Of a stretch of DNA of 64,000 nucleotides, positions 26,606 to 39,954 are shown piece by piece. The position numbers and the translations under genes were made by a program. Source of the DNA: Balanoglossus misakiensis (taxonomy: Eukaryota; Animalia; Hemichordata). The stretch is from positions 15,166,550-15,230,549 of the forward strand of contig CM082579.2 of NCBI GenBank assembly GCA_040954595.2, in the 5' to 3' direction. How positions within the stretch are numbered: the stretch's first letter is position 1; every line of letters begins with the position of its first letter. Under the pieces are notes generated by a model. That model was given only the letters and a program-made list of their open reading frames with translations. It did no database searches and was not told the DNA's origin.

Positions 26606-27826
26606 CTTTAATTTATATACTTATCAAATTGTAAGCTAACCAATATGGTTAGAAGTCCGATTTGCTTGGACGTGAACCAATATGATCTATCAAAATTTTC
26701 TGGTAAAAGTTTGAGTAACTATAACTTGTGCTTTCACCTTTTTTCATCATGTTGCTTGGGCCCTGACAATGCTGCTTTATAGCTACTACAGGATTAGATT
26801 ACTTCCATTTGGCAGTAGCATATAAGTGTAATGGTGTAGAAAGTTTATCCTGTTTACTGAAAGAGGAATTGCAAGAGAAACCATGTGTTATAAAAAAAAA
26901 CTAGAAGATATTAAATAGCCTTAGTAAACATTTCCCAGAAACATTTCAATGAACAGTTACCATAATGTACTTTACATTAGAGTCAGAGGTGACTAAAAGG
27001 CTAATATTGTCATTTGTGAAATGTACACAATTGTATTTATATTGTCGGTGAACTGTTTAGCTGTGTTGTCAGTTATGTTGAGCTTATTAGATTGGGTGAT
27101 TGTCTTATTGGGTGAGTGGTGTCACTGTCTGTCACTTTTCTTTACTGAAACCACGGGGCCAATTACTTTGAAATTTAGTATGCAGGTTCCTAGGGTGAAG
27201 TTGGTAGAGTTTATGTAAATTGTGGTGAAATGTGTAATTTTTGATCAATTTTAGTTGTGTTTAGTTAAATTCTTTGTACAATTACTTTGAAATTTAGTGT
27301 GTAGGTCCTTGGGGTTGATTTTACTGGAATTTGCTCAATTTGTGACAGAATGTGGAATATGTTATTTCGGAAGCAATTGCTTGTTTGGTCTTTTTTATTT
27401 CATAAACCAGATACTGTGATTGTTTTTCTGTTCTTTTTTGTATGTGTGTCTATTTTCACAATTGAAATAAATTAATATAAGGCTATATAAAATAAATTGG
27501 TGTTTTATGCTTTTTGTTATTGATATTGTTTGTATGGTTGATATCAGATATCATATGTCTTATAGTGAGAAAGAAACCACTACACAATCCCTAGTAGTAT
27601 TTGTGGTAATATATCTGTTTTGAGAATATAGCCCATTAGTATATTGTAGTCTTTGTACAACTTTTCTTCAAAATGTGTTATATGAACAAATAAAATATGG
27701 CAAGAAGATGAATTGTTTCGAAGAATGAATCATAATAAACAGTAGAATTCGGTCAATTTTTGTTCAGGCATAAAGAAATAGCTTGTACATGAGCTTGCAC
27801 GACGGTATTTGGTCAATACAGGGCGC

Positions 27827-27953
27827 ATGTATGTATGTATGTATGTATGTATGTATGTATGTATGTATGTATGTATGTATGTATGTATGTATGTATGTAT
27901 GTATGTATGTATGTATGTACCTATCTAACACACAACACACACTGTGTATATTT
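27827..27953. repeat. (ATGT)n microsatellite with the same flank as 25693-25725 (inverted)
   Basis: Followed by ACCTATCTAACACACAACACACACTGTGTATATTT. Confidence 0.9.
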
Positions 27954-30367
27954 GTTGGGCATTTTGGTTTTCTACCACATATCTCAGTAGTTTCCATGCC
28001 ATAGTGACTCTTCAGTTTTACATAATGATATCCAATATAACCCAATCTACTATTAATGCGATTTTTTTTTTCATTTTGATTGTGGAAATGGTTAAAAATG
28101 AAAAACATCTGAATTTGTACTTTAATAAATATAAGCTATATAGTATTTTAAAATGGTCATAAATTTATGTTAACATGGCAAAACATGTTTTAGTGTTTAT
28201 GTATACTTGTTTAATATAGAGAAATAATTGTACAAATAAAATGACAACTTACTTTTGCTTTTAAAAATAATTAAAAATGGTAATGTTTCTTGAGATATAC
28301 CAGGGTTTCTAGAATATAGAGGGCGCTGGCACGGGAACATTTGATGGTTGTCCCCAATACAACATTCTGGTATCATGTTTTATCATCTGTGGACATTTGG
28401 CAGCGATATCCGACAGGATGTGCATAAAATCCCGAGAAGGTCTTCTCGTTGTATTGCTTCTTGAGATATTGAAACTGTCTTGAATCCCAACGCGAATGTG
28501 ATGGTGATGCGTATGTTGTTGCACGTAGTCACATCCGAAAACGAATCAAGTGCTCTTGTTGTTCAGCAGCTGAATATAGGTTAGTGGGATATGTGTATAT
28601 TCTCGTGGTTATTTTTAATGAGTATAAATGACAGAATCGGTGGTTTGAACGTGTAAGAGTTGATGGTATTGGTTATGTAGTTGTGTTTTATCTAATGGTA
28701 GTGTGATTTTAATTGTGTATGAGGCGATGGCAGTTTTGTCAGGCTTTTTTTATTTTCGTGTCGAGCGACATCCAATATGGCGGTTGTCGTTATATACTGA
28801 AAGGGTTTCGTTTGTATGCATGTTTTGGCAAATTGTATATATGTTAAGATGGTGAAGTTTGCTTGAAGGAATAGAAACATCAGAGGCTGGGTACATCGGA
28901 GTTTCTATTTCATTCCATACAAGTTGAAATTAAGCTTATTTTTGGAGTGTATACAGGTACATATGATTATTTAGAAACGGTTTTAGGCAAGTGAATCTGC
29001 TGAATTCGGGCGATCGGTCTTGTATCGTGTGTATGAAACGTACAAGCAGTGGTAGGATATTATTTTGGGATGTGTACTTCAATAGTTTCCATGTCTCTTA
29101 TATGTATTTGTCAAAAAATAAACAGTAGTAAAAATGGATTGTATTTTCCATTATTTTTTCTGTTAATATTGTATGTTTACATGACCAAAAGCCTTAAGGT
29201 TTTCATTGGAATTTATATCAGGGTAATCAATTTGTTTATGATAATTATTTGCTTCAAATATGGAACAATCTGTGTGAGTACATAACAGAAACATTGCTAG
29301 ATAATTTGACATTTGAATTGTTCGTAAGAATGTGAGGACAAGCATAGAATGGCCAAATTATGCTGGTGACCACTCTGTTTAGTGTGTATGCTTTCTAGTC
29401 GTGACAGGCATGTTAAAAACATAGACAATGAAATCTGGTTGGAGCATGAAAAGTAGAGTTGACTTGTTAACATATTTTGATGCCATGAAACCATTATGTG
29501 GACAGGACAATTTATGTGACCAAGAATTGATTTTCTGAATATCACAAGGTTGATAGTGAATTCATTGTAATTTGTTGTCCTGTTTAAGTAGTGGGGTTAT
29601 TGTAAAAAAATCATCATTCGCTATCTTGTACTTGGAGTGATGTCATCTCGACATTGATACATTATGGCTATTGAGAGGTGTGTGTTATGCAGGCAAGTGT
29701 ATATCTTGATGTACTTGTTTAAATACACAATTATACTTAATGATTTAATTTAAAAGTTTTGTTTATTTTCTTGACAGTTTTGGCTACCAAAGAGTTCTCA
29801 AGGTGAGTGTTGGTGTACATCAGTGCAAAGTATCATGTACAAACTAAGAGATCAACACACTCAAATGTGTATTGTGTCGTGTACGAATTAGTTTCGTAAA
29901 TCATTTGTAGATGACGTGTTTAGTTTTGTGGTAAGTGACACTGAGGTTTCAGATCGGATAGGATGATTGTCCAGTGCCATGCATTGTGTGTTAACATGTG
30001 AAAGCACTAGCCTAATTTGTTTGAAATTTGGTATTCAGGGATGATGTAAGAAAAAATAATTTTAACAGTTCATAGAATCAGTGTTTATTAATACTTCAAA
30101 AAGGTATGTGACTTGAATGTGTGCAGTACATCATTGTGCTATGTGGTGTTAACACCATTGAATAGTGCCATTACTTACAGCAATCTTACAGCAATGGCTT
30201 CAGTAAAACATTGAGTATGATTTGTGTGATTCCTGATACCCCTGTCTTGTCATTTGTGATGTTTTACTGTGTACTTTTTGAAATAAAGAAACTGGTGTGT
30301 TAGTTGAATATGTCAGTGAGTGAATGTGCAATTGGACAGTGTGTTGGCAGTTAGTGGAGATAAAAAA

Positions 30368-30438
30368 TCCTCATGGTGTAATGGTTAACACACTTGTCAC
30401 TTTGTGATAAGAGATCCAGGTTCGATTCCTGGTGGGGA
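30368..30438 (+). tRNA. tRNA-Gln-like cloverleaf (second copy)
   Basis: TCCTCATGGTGTAATGGTTAACACACTTGTCACTTTGTGATAAGAGATCCAGGTTCGATTCCTGGTGGGGA; A and B boxes present and stems pair. Confidence 0.55.
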
Positions 30439-30710
30439 TGATGAAAAAAAGAGTCCATTAGCTGTGTGTTTGAGTATGAGTGTAATATATGTATGTACGT
30501 ATTTATGCATGTATGTAGCCAGCAAACACACAAAACATATTGTGTATATTCAATTCCATACAGTGTTTGATAATAAATATGTTGCTGTTTTACAATTTGG
30601 CATTCACTGCTGATAATTAGGTTTCCATAGATACAAGCGGAATGCAATAGAAGAGGGATAACCATATACATGTATAGAAAAGGTAGGTTACCCCTTCCCC
30701 TATCATCCAA

Positions 30711-31330
30711 ATACTACCACAGAGGGTGCTATACTATATGACCATCAACTGAGTATCATTCAAATACTCTGTGCACAGTGGGTAAATACACATTTGTTTT
30801 TTTAGGAGACTTTCATCAGTTGCAGTAAAATACAACATGACTACACTATATACACCAATGAGAATGGCCATGTAATTCAGAGAGTGCTTGATATTAAAAC
30901 TGTATCATAGTTGTGGCCTTTACTGCTGATAATTAGTTTACCATAGATACAAGCCCAATGCAACAGGACAGGGATAAACATATGCAAAGACAAGATTAAA
31001 CCCCACCTCCATAATCAAAATACTACCGCAGAGGGCGCTATACTATATGACCATCAACTGAGTATCATTCAAATACTCTGTGCACAGTGGGTAAAGACTT
31101 ATTTGTTTTTTTAGGAGACTTTCATCAGTTGCAGTAAAATACAACGTGACTACACTATATACACCAATGAGAATGGCCGTGTAATTCAGAGAGTGCTTGA
31201 TATTAAAACTGTTTCATAGTTGTGGCCTTTACTGCTGATAATAGGTTACCATAGATACAAGCCCAATGCAACAGGACAGGGATAAACATATGCAAAGGCA
31301 AGATTAAACCCCACCTCTGTAATCAAAATA
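30711..31330. repeat. 309-bp tandem array, left part (2 units)
   Basis: ATACTACC(A/G)CAGAGGG at 30711 and 31020; the array resumes at 38312 after the LINE/Gypsy insertion. Confidence 0.92.
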
Positions 31331-32132
31331 ATAATAATAATAATAATAATAATTTATTTGTATAGTGTCAGTATCCACAAAAATGTGATCAATGACGCTT
31401 AAAGCAAAAGTACAATACAACAAATGGCTAAAAAACAGATTTAAAAAGTAAAGTTTTAACATTTGATTTAAAAACAGATAAGTCTGGTGCCTGGCGAATG
31501 GTAAGTGGAAGATTATTCCAAAGAATTGGAGCAGCAACAGTAAAAGCACGATCACCATAACTCTTGGTGCGTGATCGAACAAGGCAGAGTTTGAACTGAT
31601 CAGCTGACCTTAAATTGCGACACGGAACATATAGATTAGTCATGCTAGAAAGATAGATTGCGCCAGTGGGGATGCAAGCCCAATTATCGATGAGTCGGAA
31701 TCACAACCAGACACTTGGAAGTTGAGAACAATAACCAGTTTAATCGATACACTTCGTCGATCGATATATAAACATACATAGAGCAATGGCGGTCCAGCGG
31801 GGAGAGAGAGGACCGAGCATGCGCAAAAGGAACAAAAGTATAAACTAGTAACTACGAGTGAGGGCGTGCTACCGAACGCACTCCAGCAACACTAATGGAA
31901 TGGCGTAGCCACCTTCTCTTACATCCACTTCTCTTTCTGTCCATCGAGCAGGAAAAAAATTTGACACAGGAAATGTGAGCATAAAATGCAAAGAAAAACA
32001 TGAACATGCATGTTGACTGAGTCCTACAAAAGTCAAAAGCTGCAATGAAAGTGAGAACATGAAAGTCAATAAAAATAAATGGGAGTACTGGGGGCAACAC
32101 TGTTCAGCACAAAAATATAAAGGTCTGAAACT

Positions 32133-35100
32133 CTAAAAGTTCACTTCATAGTCATCAAAGCGGGTGGGACGACGGCGAGCGCGGGTGGATTTTCTTGTAC
32201 CCTCAGTGGTGAGAGGTTGATCTGGTCGACTATCTTCAGCAGGAGCTGACATGTCAGTGGTTTCCATGGGGCTGCACACTGTGGGTTGGATATCACTGGT
32301 ACTGGTGTCGCATTTGGTAGTAGTAGTATCGCAGACACCAGGTGTGGTACTTTGTATGTGATCTGACTTCCTGGGCGATGCGAGTTCCGAAGGAATGCTT
32401 GGGGGTTCAGGCACTGCGGTTGGTGGCCGACACGGTGTATCGTCATCAGATGAGTGCTCCTCGTTCGCTCCCTTCATGGGTATTGAGTGATCGGTCGCTG
32501 AAAATGGCACTAAGTAGCATTCTGACTGCTTGACGCGATACGAAGTCTTACGGAGTTGGTTTCCGCGGAACTTACGGATACAACACCATGGCGGGTCGCT
32601 CTGGATGACCAAGTAGCGGTCTCGAGAACGGGATTTGTTGCGGTCTGAGTGTAGGTATACCAGGTCCCCAACTTCTAGCGACGGGGCTATTGGCATGCGT
32701 CTACTGGGAGTTTTGGAGGTCTCACTGGAGCGATGGTTGGCCTTGCGGAGGGCGTGTTGTGCAAGAATCAGCTGTTGGTCACTGATCGGTAACTGATCAT
32801 GGGTAAACTGGTCTCTTTGAGTCCACATTTCACGGGAAGACAAACCTCTAGACCTGATGCGGGAGTTGACGTGTGAGAGGGCTATGGCCAGGGAGAGTGG
32901 TGTGATGGTAGAACACAGAGGGTCCTGGCGTAGGAGCTCGTCTTCAATTTCTTGAATAGCTCTATCTGCGACAGGGTTTTTGTTACGATTCTTGATGCGA
33001 CCAATTTCAATGGTCAACCTGTGCTGACGAAGGAGGTCATCGTTGATGAGGGCTGCAAAGCCCGGAGCTGGGTCAGTACGGATAACAGCGTGTGGACCAT
33101 CTAAAGGTCGAAGTTCAATGCAAAGTCTCACGAGGGCAACACGTAGGGTATCATGGCGTTCGTCCTCAATAAGACAAGCTGACGTGAATGATGTGACGCA
33201 TTCGCGGAGTACTAGGACTAATTGACGCTCACGCTTGATTATATCAGCAGCGAAGGAAATGCCGATGACTTCAGGCGGATCTGTAGTTGACTGTGTGACT
33301 ATGGTATTGGGAACCTTGGTGAGTGAGGCGCAATGGTGGCATGTAGAGGAGACATGCTCGATGGATTTGTCCAAGTCCAGGGCGTAGAAGTAGCGATGTG
33401 TCACTTGCTTCAGTTGGTGGCATGATGGGTGACCTAGACGAATGTGAATGGCAGTCAGAAAGCCATCCAAAACTTGTCGGGGAACTACGATGCGGTCACT
33501 AGGAGGGACAAAGGGATCCGTCCGGGAGACAACAAGCAACCCATCCTTGGCAATAGTTACGTTGTTCAGGTAGCGTTTTACATCCCTGATGTTGGTGAGC
33601 TTCTTTGATGGACGCGTTCCCTGAGTTAGGTGGGCGTGAGTACGACGCAAATCTGGACAGTCGGCTTGTATGCTGAGCCAAGTCGCCCTGTTGGTAAATG
33701 GTAGCTTTGCGTTACCGGAGATGACGTCCTGTACGGACAGGGATCTGACAACAGAATCTTCGGTACGTGCGACGAATGTGCAGATTTGGCAAGTGGGAGA
33801 GTCACAATCTGGGGCATTACGACTGGCGAAGTCTGATGGGATGTTTTCGCTGCCAGCAAGATGTCTCACAGAGGCCTGGTACCGGCTCACGGTTGAGAGG
33901 AAGGTTGTTACTCGTGGGCTGGCGGAGAATTCGCCACGGCACAACTTCTCATATGCTTGTACGCATGGTTTACTGTCTGTGAGTATACATGGCTTGTGAT
34001 GAGACTGTATAATATAAGGGCTAAAATGCTTGGTGGCAACTGCAATGGATAGAGCCTCAACCTCGCAGGGGAGCCAAGTGACCTGCCGACCACGAAGTTT
34101 GGCACTGAAGAATCCAGCAACGTGGAGTTTGTCATCTCGGGAGACATATAATGTAGCGCCAATTCCGTTGTACTTCACGGCACCATCTGTGATGATCCAA
34201 AGTTGGTCGGATGGGCGTGGCAAAGTGATCGATCGGCTTGTGGAAAGTGCAGACTGGGCAGTGTGGAAAGCCTCACGGAGCTTGTCAGTCCACTCAATAC
34301 GGTCGCTAGACTGTTTCCCAGCGGCGGCATCTTCTAACGCTGTGAGGAGAAATGCGCAGCCTGGAATTACTCTAGCTAACACCTTGTATGCACCTATGAA
34401 AGATCGAAGTCCACGAACATTCTCTGGTGTAGAGCATGAGGAAAGGGGTGCGATACGGTGTTTGCTGGCACTGATTGTTCCTTGGTGCCAAATCCATCCC
34501 AGGATCATGGTAGTAGCTGGGCATTTAGCCGTTTTGGCGGCAGAAAGGCATAATGCCAACGCATGTAATGCCTGTAGCAGACATTTCCAGTTGGTCTTGA
34601 GCTCATGTATGGAATTACCACCACAGAATAAGTCGTCAGCTAGTTTAGCTACAACACCATCTGCAAGGAGATCACCTAGGACGCGACACATGAGTTCTTC
34701 GAGGGCAGTTTCAGAACCGGGCATGCCCATAGCACATCGTGTGTAGACGCGTATGCCTCGGAACGGAGTAGCTACGCCGCAATATTTCAGGGACGTCCTT
34801 GAAAGCGGTATTTGGTAGAAGGCCTTGGTTAGGTCTGTGGTAATTATGTATTTCCACTGCACGATGTGGCGAAGAGTACCATCCACATCTGGTAATACAG
34901 ACGGCTGGGGTTTGCTATAGCGACCCACGTCAGCGAAGGCAGTGACTAGTCTAGAGCCACCGTTGGCTTTTTTTACCAGGAATGAGGTGTTTATGTATTC
35001 GACGCTAACACTCAGGTCTTCTGGTCGGGCGAATACACCCATTTCTTCCAACTCATCGAACTTGGCCTGTAGTTCCAACAGCTTGTCATGTGGATAGAAG

Positions 35101-35141
35101 GGGAGGCGCCCCTTTCGCTGTGGTGGTTGCACAGGGCCCAT
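32133..35141 (-). CDS. pol: Pol (RT, RNase H, integrase) of the Troyka-like element
   Basis: [23 protein letters not shown] (RT); TDGA..GIGA, CEVEAL, TDSKP (RNase H); [31 protein letters not shown] (integrase). The frame is open upstream to about 35439. Confidence 0.93.
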   Translation of the reverse strand: MGPVQPPQRKGRLPFYPHDKLLELQAKFDELEEMGVFARPEDLSVSVEYINTSFLVKKANGGSRLVTAFADVGRYSKPQPSVLPDVDGTLRHIVQWKYIITTDLTKAFYQIPLSRTSLKYCGVATPFRGIRVYTRCAMGMPGSETALEELMCRVLGDLLADGVVAKLADDLFCGGNSIHELKTNWKCLLQALHALALCLSAAKTAKCPATTMILGWIWHQGTISASKHRIAPLSSCSTPENVRGLRSFIGAYKVLARVIPGCAFLLTALEDAAAGKQSSDRIEWTDKLREAFHTAQSALSTSRSITLPRPSDQLWIITDGAVKYNGIGATLYVSRDDKLHVAGFFSAKLRGRQVTWLPCEVEALSIAVATKHFSPYIIQSHHKPCILTDSKPCVQAYEKLCRGEFSASPRVTTFLSTVSRYQASVRHLAGSENIPSDFASRNAPDCDSPTCQICTFVARTEDSVVRSLSVQDVISGNAKLPFTNRATWLSIQADCPDLRRTHAHLTQGTRPSKKLTNIRDVKRYLNNVTIAKDGLLVVSRTDPFVPPSDRIVVPRQVLDGFLTAIHIRLGHPSCHQLKQVTHRYFYALDLDKSIEHVSSTCHHCASLTKVPNTIVTQSTTDPPEVIGISFAADIIKRERQLVLVLRECVTSFTSACLIEDERHDTLRVALVRLCIELRPLDGPHAVIRTDPAPGFAALINDDLLRQHRLTIEIGRIKNRNKNPVADRAIQEIEDELLRQDPLCSTITPLSLAIALSHVNSRIRSRGLSSREMWTQRDQFTHDQLPISDQQLILAQHALRKANHRSSETSKTPSRRMPIAPSLEVGDLVYLHSDRNKSRSRDRYLVIQSDPPWCCIRKFRGNQLRKTSYRVKQSECYLVPFSATDHSIPMKGANEEHSSDDDTPCRPPTAVPEPPSIPSELASPRKSDHIQSTTPGVCDTTTTKCDTSTSDIQPTVCSPMETTDMSAPAEDSRPDQPLTTEGTRKSTRARRRPTRFDDYEVNF

Positions 35142-35421
35142 ATTGACAACTGCTTCGAAGGGACCCGACGCACCGTTGTAGCCCTTGACGGTAGGGTTGA
35201 AAACGTCATCAAACTCTTGGTGAAGAGAGCGGAAAGCTGTACGGTCTGCTTGTGATAGGAGATTGTCAGGGTCAAGCTTAATGTCATTTGAGTAGTTGCC
35301 GACAGTGGTTGGAGACTTGGTGGGGAGAGTCTTCGTGGTGGAACTGCTGTGATCTATGACTGGGGTGAAGGTGGCGCGTACTTGGCAAAAGTGTTCGTTG
35401 CGCTGAAGTGTTTGTGGACTG

Positions 35422-37077
35422 TCAGATAAGTTGGGAATGAAGTTTTCCAGCTACACTTGTCAACAGGTCTGGTGCTGGCCATGTGTTGTTAGGCGTGAAC
35501 ATCTTGTTAGGACGTGTGTCTGATCTAGGTTCGACTGCGTACGTCGTGTCAGTGGCCTGGAGTTCTGGTGGTAACTCTACCTCGATGAAGTCACCTGGCC
35601 AAATGGTAGAAGACACGGGAGGGGCCCTGAGTACATGGGTCCTGCGGATGCTGTGGCCGGTTGCTGGTGTTGACCTGTAGGTGTATGTCGTACCGTCACC
35701 GATCATGATTTGGCACTTGGCTGGGCGGACACTGATGTCATTTAGCTCCATAAAGGGAGTCCCTGCCAATAAGTCGACATCCAGGTTTTCCACAACTAGG
35801 CCCTCGAATATGAAGTTGATGTTGTCGCGTGTCAATTGGAATCTAGTTTCGCCTACAACTTTCAAGGGGGAAGAGCCATCGGCCTGATGTGCGGATTGGG
35901 AACTGGATTTTATTGGTACATTCAGTCGTCTGGCTAAAGACAGGCGCATCATGTTACCAGTGGCACCACTGTCGATAATCGCGCGGACGGTTTGGTAACC
36001 ATAGAAAGTATCCAGGTATGGTGACTGGCGGACCTGAATTCGTAGGGCGGTGTTGGTAGTGCTTGAGTCTTGTTGTGAGAGTTCATCACTTGGAAGACAG
36101 TCATCTTCATCACTGTTAATGTCGAATATGTTAGCAACCTGTCGTGCTTTGGTCATGAACCGGCGATCTTGGTCTGGTAGGAACTCACACTCACTTAGAA
36201 AATGCTGAGCCGGTCTGCCGGCTTGCTTGCACAGGGGACAGGAGCGATATGTTTTACGGCTTCTCTGTCTTGCTTTGGGCGGACCAGTAGAGCGAGTGGG
36301 AAAGTTGTCCTTATAACGAGTGGTGTTGTGGTAGTTGGCTGCGGCGGTGCGCATGACAGTGGCGTCTTCTGTAGTGTGTATCTCATCCAGGAGAGAAGAT
36401 AATGCCTGTGATATTTCTGGCTTTACGGAGGCTAATGTACGGGTGCGTAACTCCGTGCCGTACCGTTGTTTAACAAGTCTCGGGAGATCTTTATGTATTA
36501 GCTGCAACCAGGTTAAGACCACAAAATTTTCCAAAGATGGGGAAAGCTCTTCATCCTCGGTAATGGCATCGCCGTGGTGGGATATACCGCTATCACGACG
36601 GAGTAGGTTGTCCTCAATGAATGCGGTGAGGCGTTGGTAGAGGTCTTCAGGACGCTCATCGGGCTGAAGGTGGATTTGGCAAAAATCGATGAAATGAGCG
36701 CCAGTAGACTGGAAACCATAATGTAAACGAATTACCTGCCAAATACTGTCTATGGATGTCGAGTTCTTGACAATAGTACTGCGGGCTATAACGGGGCAGT
36801 AGTTGGCTATTTGGCCCAACATAAGCTCCAGAGCATTAACCTTCTGCTGGGCTGTAAGGCGTTTGTTTGCGCTGATGTCCTCACCGTCGTTGGTAAACCC
36901 TCTCAGTGGACTAGACTTCGTTTTGTTTGTCCATTGTGCGCCCTCAGCGAGGAAAGGTGCAAAATTAGCATCAAGTGATAACGTATATCTGAGGTTTTGG
37001 CGCCAATTCTCGAAGGAATTAATAGTCTCTGATTTACTGAGACACCATTGCTTGGGTGCCCGCTGGAATGATGCCAT
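35422..37077 (-). CDS. gag: Gag-protease of the Troyka-like element (frameshifted relative to pol at about 35440)
   Basis: Zn knuckle [18 protein letters not shown]; aspartic protease [18 protein letters not shown]. Confidence 0.9.
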   Translation of the reverse strand: MASFQRAPKQWCLSKSETINSFENWRQNLRYTLSLDANFAPFLAEGAQWTNKTKSSPLRGFTNDGEDISANKRLTAQQKVNALELMLGQIANYCPVIARSTIVKNSTSIDSIWQVIRLHYGFQSTGAHFIDFCQIHLQPDERPEDLYQRLTAFIEDNLLRRDSGISHHGDAITEDEELSPSLENFVVLTWLQLIHKDLPRLVKQRYGTELRTRTLASVKPEISQALSSLLDEIHTTEDATVMRTAAANYHNTTRYKDNFPTRSTGPPKARQRSRKTYRSCPLCKQAGRPAQHFLSECEFLPDQDRRFMTKARQVANIFDINSDEDDCLPSDELSQQDSSTTNTALRIQVRQSPYLDTFYGYQTVRAIIDSGATGNMMRLSLARRLNVPIKSSSQSAHQADGSSPLKVVGETRFQLTRDNINFIFEGLVVENLDVDLLAGTPFMELNDISVRPAKCQIMIGDGTTYTYRSTPATGHSIRRTHVLRAPPVSSTIWPGDFIEVELPPELQATDTTYAVEPRSDTRPNKMFTPNNTWPAPDLLTSVAGKLHSQLI

Positions 37078-38311
37078 GATGTACTCTGGTAATGACTACA
37101 ACTTCTGTGCTATCCAGTTAATGTATACTGACCGGTTGTACACTATGTGTGTGTGTCCGACAACTTGTTGACCAGGCAATATATGGTCCAGCGACGACTG
37201 TTATGTCTTCAGGAGGCGTGTAGATTCGAAATCGCTGCCACCACGCCAGTGGGGATGCAAGCCCAATTATCGATGAGTCGGAATCACAACCAGACACTTG
37301 GAAGTTGAGAACAATAACCAGTTTAATCGATACACTTCGTCGATCGATATATAAACATACATAGAGCAATGGCGGTCCAGCGGGGAGAGAGAGGACCGAG
37401 CATGCGCAAAAGGAACAAAAGTATAAACTAGTAACTACGAGTGAGGGCGTGCTACCGAACGCACTCCAGCAACACTAATGGAATGGCGTTGGACCAAGTT
37501 TATGAATGGATTTAAAAATGAGAACTAACATCTTAAAAACAATACGCTGTGTAACAGGTAGCCAGTGCAACTGATACAAAATTGGAGTGATGTGACAGGT
37601 GATTTTTGAATGAGTAACAATTCTAGCAGCAATATTCTGAACGCGTTGGATACGGTTGATTGAATACTTCGGGAGCCCAAATAAAAGTGAATTACATGAA
37701 TCAATTCGAGAAGTAATGAATGCATGAACTAATTGCTCTGTAGCAGAATGAGATAAATATTTGCGGATAAGCGCAATGCGACGTAAATGAAAAGTGGCAG
37801 AGCGGCAGATCTGTCCAATATGTGGCTTCATTGTCAGACAAGAGTCAAGGATCACACCAAGGCTCTTAGCCTGACAATGGACAGGAATCAGAGAATCGCC
37901 AACACGAATTTCTGAAATCCCTCTAGCAGACAGATCACCTGAAATACCAAAGAAAATAACAAATTCAGTCTTATCATCGTATAAGCACAAGAAGTTTTCA
38001 GACATCCAAAACCTAACATCGGATATACAAAGTTCAAGATTTGAAACAGTTCTTGCTGCGTTGTCTTTACTAAAAGACATATAAAGTGAAGAGTCATCTG
38101 CATAAAAACTATAAAGACAACCATGACTTTGAACTAATTCACCAAATGGAGACGGGTACATATTGAAAAGTATGGGACCAAGAACTGATCCCTGTGGTAC
38201 CCCAGTGTCGAGCCGATAGAAAGGTGATTGGGTGGAATTTACAAGTACACACTGACTACGATTGGAAAGGTATGACTTAAACCACATGAGAACAGTATCT
38301 GAGAGACCAAA

Positions 38312-39560
38312 ATACTACCACAGAGAGTGCTATACTATATGACCATCAACTGAGTATCATTCAAATACTCTGTGCACAGTGGGTAAACACACATTTGGTT
38401 TTTTAGGAGACTTTCATCAGTTGTAGTAAAATACAACGTGACTACACTATATACACCAATGAGAATCGCCATGTAATTCAGAGAGTGCTTGATATTAAAA
38501 CTGTTTCATAGTTGTGGCCTTTACTGCTGATAATTAGGTTACCATAGATACAAGCCCAATGCAACATGACAGGGATAAACATATGCAAAGACAAGATTAA
38601 ACCCCACCTCCATAATCAAAATACTACCACAGAGGGCGCTATACTATATGACCATCAACTGAGTATCATTCAAATACTCTGTGCACAGTGGGTAAAGACT
38701 TATTTGTTTTTTTAGGAGACTTTCATCAGTTGCAGTAAAATACAACATGACTACACTATATACACCAATGAGAATGGCCATGTAATTCAGAGAGTGCTTG
38801 ATATTAAAACTGTATCATAGTTGTGGCCTTTACTGCTGATAATTAGGTTACCATAGATACAAGCCCAATGCAACATGACAGGGATAAACATATGCAAAGA
38901 CAAGATTAAACCCCACCTCCATAATCAAAATACTACCACAGAGGGCGCTATACTATATGACCATCAACTGAGTATCATTCAAATACTCTGTGCACAGTGG
39001 GTAAAGACACATTTGGTTTTTTAGGAGACTTTCATCAGTTGTATTAAAATACAACGTGACTACACTATATACACCAATGAGAATGGCCATGTAATTCAGA
39101 GAGTGCTTGATATTAAAACTGTTTCATAGTTGTGGCCTTTACTGCTGATAATTAGGTTACCATAGATACAAGCCCAATGCAACATGACAGGGATAAACAT
39201 ATGCAAAGACAAGATTTAACCCCACCTCCATAATCAAAATACTACCACAGAGGGCGCTATACTATATGACCATCAACTGAGTATCCTTCAAATACTCTGT
39301 GCACAGTGGGTAAAGACACATTTGGTTTTTTAGGAGACTTTCACCAGTTGCAGTAAAATACAACGTGACTACACTATATGCACCAATGAGAATGGCCGTG
39401 TAATTCAGAGTGCTTGATATTAAAACTGTTTCAAAGCTGTGGCCTTTACTGCTGATAATTAGGTTACCATAGATACAAGTGGAATGGAACCGGACAGGGA
39501 TAAACATACAAAGGCTAGGTTAACCCCCCCCCCAATACTACCACAGAGGGCGCTATACTG
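38312..39560. repeat. 309-bp tandem array, right part (about 4 units)
   Basis: Unit starts at 38312, 38621, 38930 and 39239. Confidence 0.95.
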
Positions 39561-39954
39561 ATCATCAAGTCTGTACCATTGAAATAAATCTGTGCAGAGT
39601 GGGTAAATTAGGCATTTGGTTCTTCAGATTTTCATAAGTTGCACTAAAATGCTATGTGGCCCACTACAAGGACAAATAAGTCAAAAATGGCAAATTTGAC
39701 GTTTACTTTGAGGTTGGCATGGGGCAAACGAGACAATACAAGAACACTGAAACTCAATTAGTGAAACACTAAAGTTGTACTTTATTTCTCTAACAAACTT
39801 AGAGAAAATTTACATGGCCATCTTTTTACTCAGAGACCTGATGTTGAATAGAAATGTGGTAGTGCAGGTCCACATGAGTGCCGTGTACTAGCCTCTCTCT
39901 CTGCAAATCCATCCACAACTTGCATGCAGATAGTGGGAGTCTGATGTAAGCAAC

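Larger units (their letters stand above)
31661..37488 (-). mobile_element. Full-length Gypsy/Ty3 LTR retrotransposon, Troyka-like (CG..CG termini, 3-bp TSD)
   Basis: 245-bp LTRs at 31661-31905 and 37244-37488, identical by eye, with ends CGCCA..TGGCG. TTG is duplicated at 31658-31660 and 37489-37491. PBS TGGTGGCAGCG follows the 5' LTR; a purine tract AAGAGAAGGTGG precedes the 3' LTR. Confidence 0.93.
31331..38307 (-). mobile_element. 5'-truncated L2/CR1-type LINE (about 1.15 kb), split by a Gypsy insertion
   Basis: RT motifs GVPQGSVLGP and FYADDSSLY (38287-37489) continue in frame, once the Gypsy is removed, into IYLSSMTNLYVPCRNLRS..GDRAFTVAAPILWNNLP..FKSVF* (31657-31428). (TAA)n tail at 31331-31353. 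TSD-like CAAAATA at 31324-31330 and 38308-38314. Confidence 0.9.

Noticed and set aside
29778-29802. Possible micro-exon (TTGACAG..AAG|GTGAGT) in the palindrome spacer
   Set aside because: Splice-like signals only; no partner exons or coding evidence.
34030-34746. 238-aa plus-strand ORF and other antisense ORFs in both Gypsy elements
   Set aside because: Shadow frames opposite pol with no recognisable motifs.
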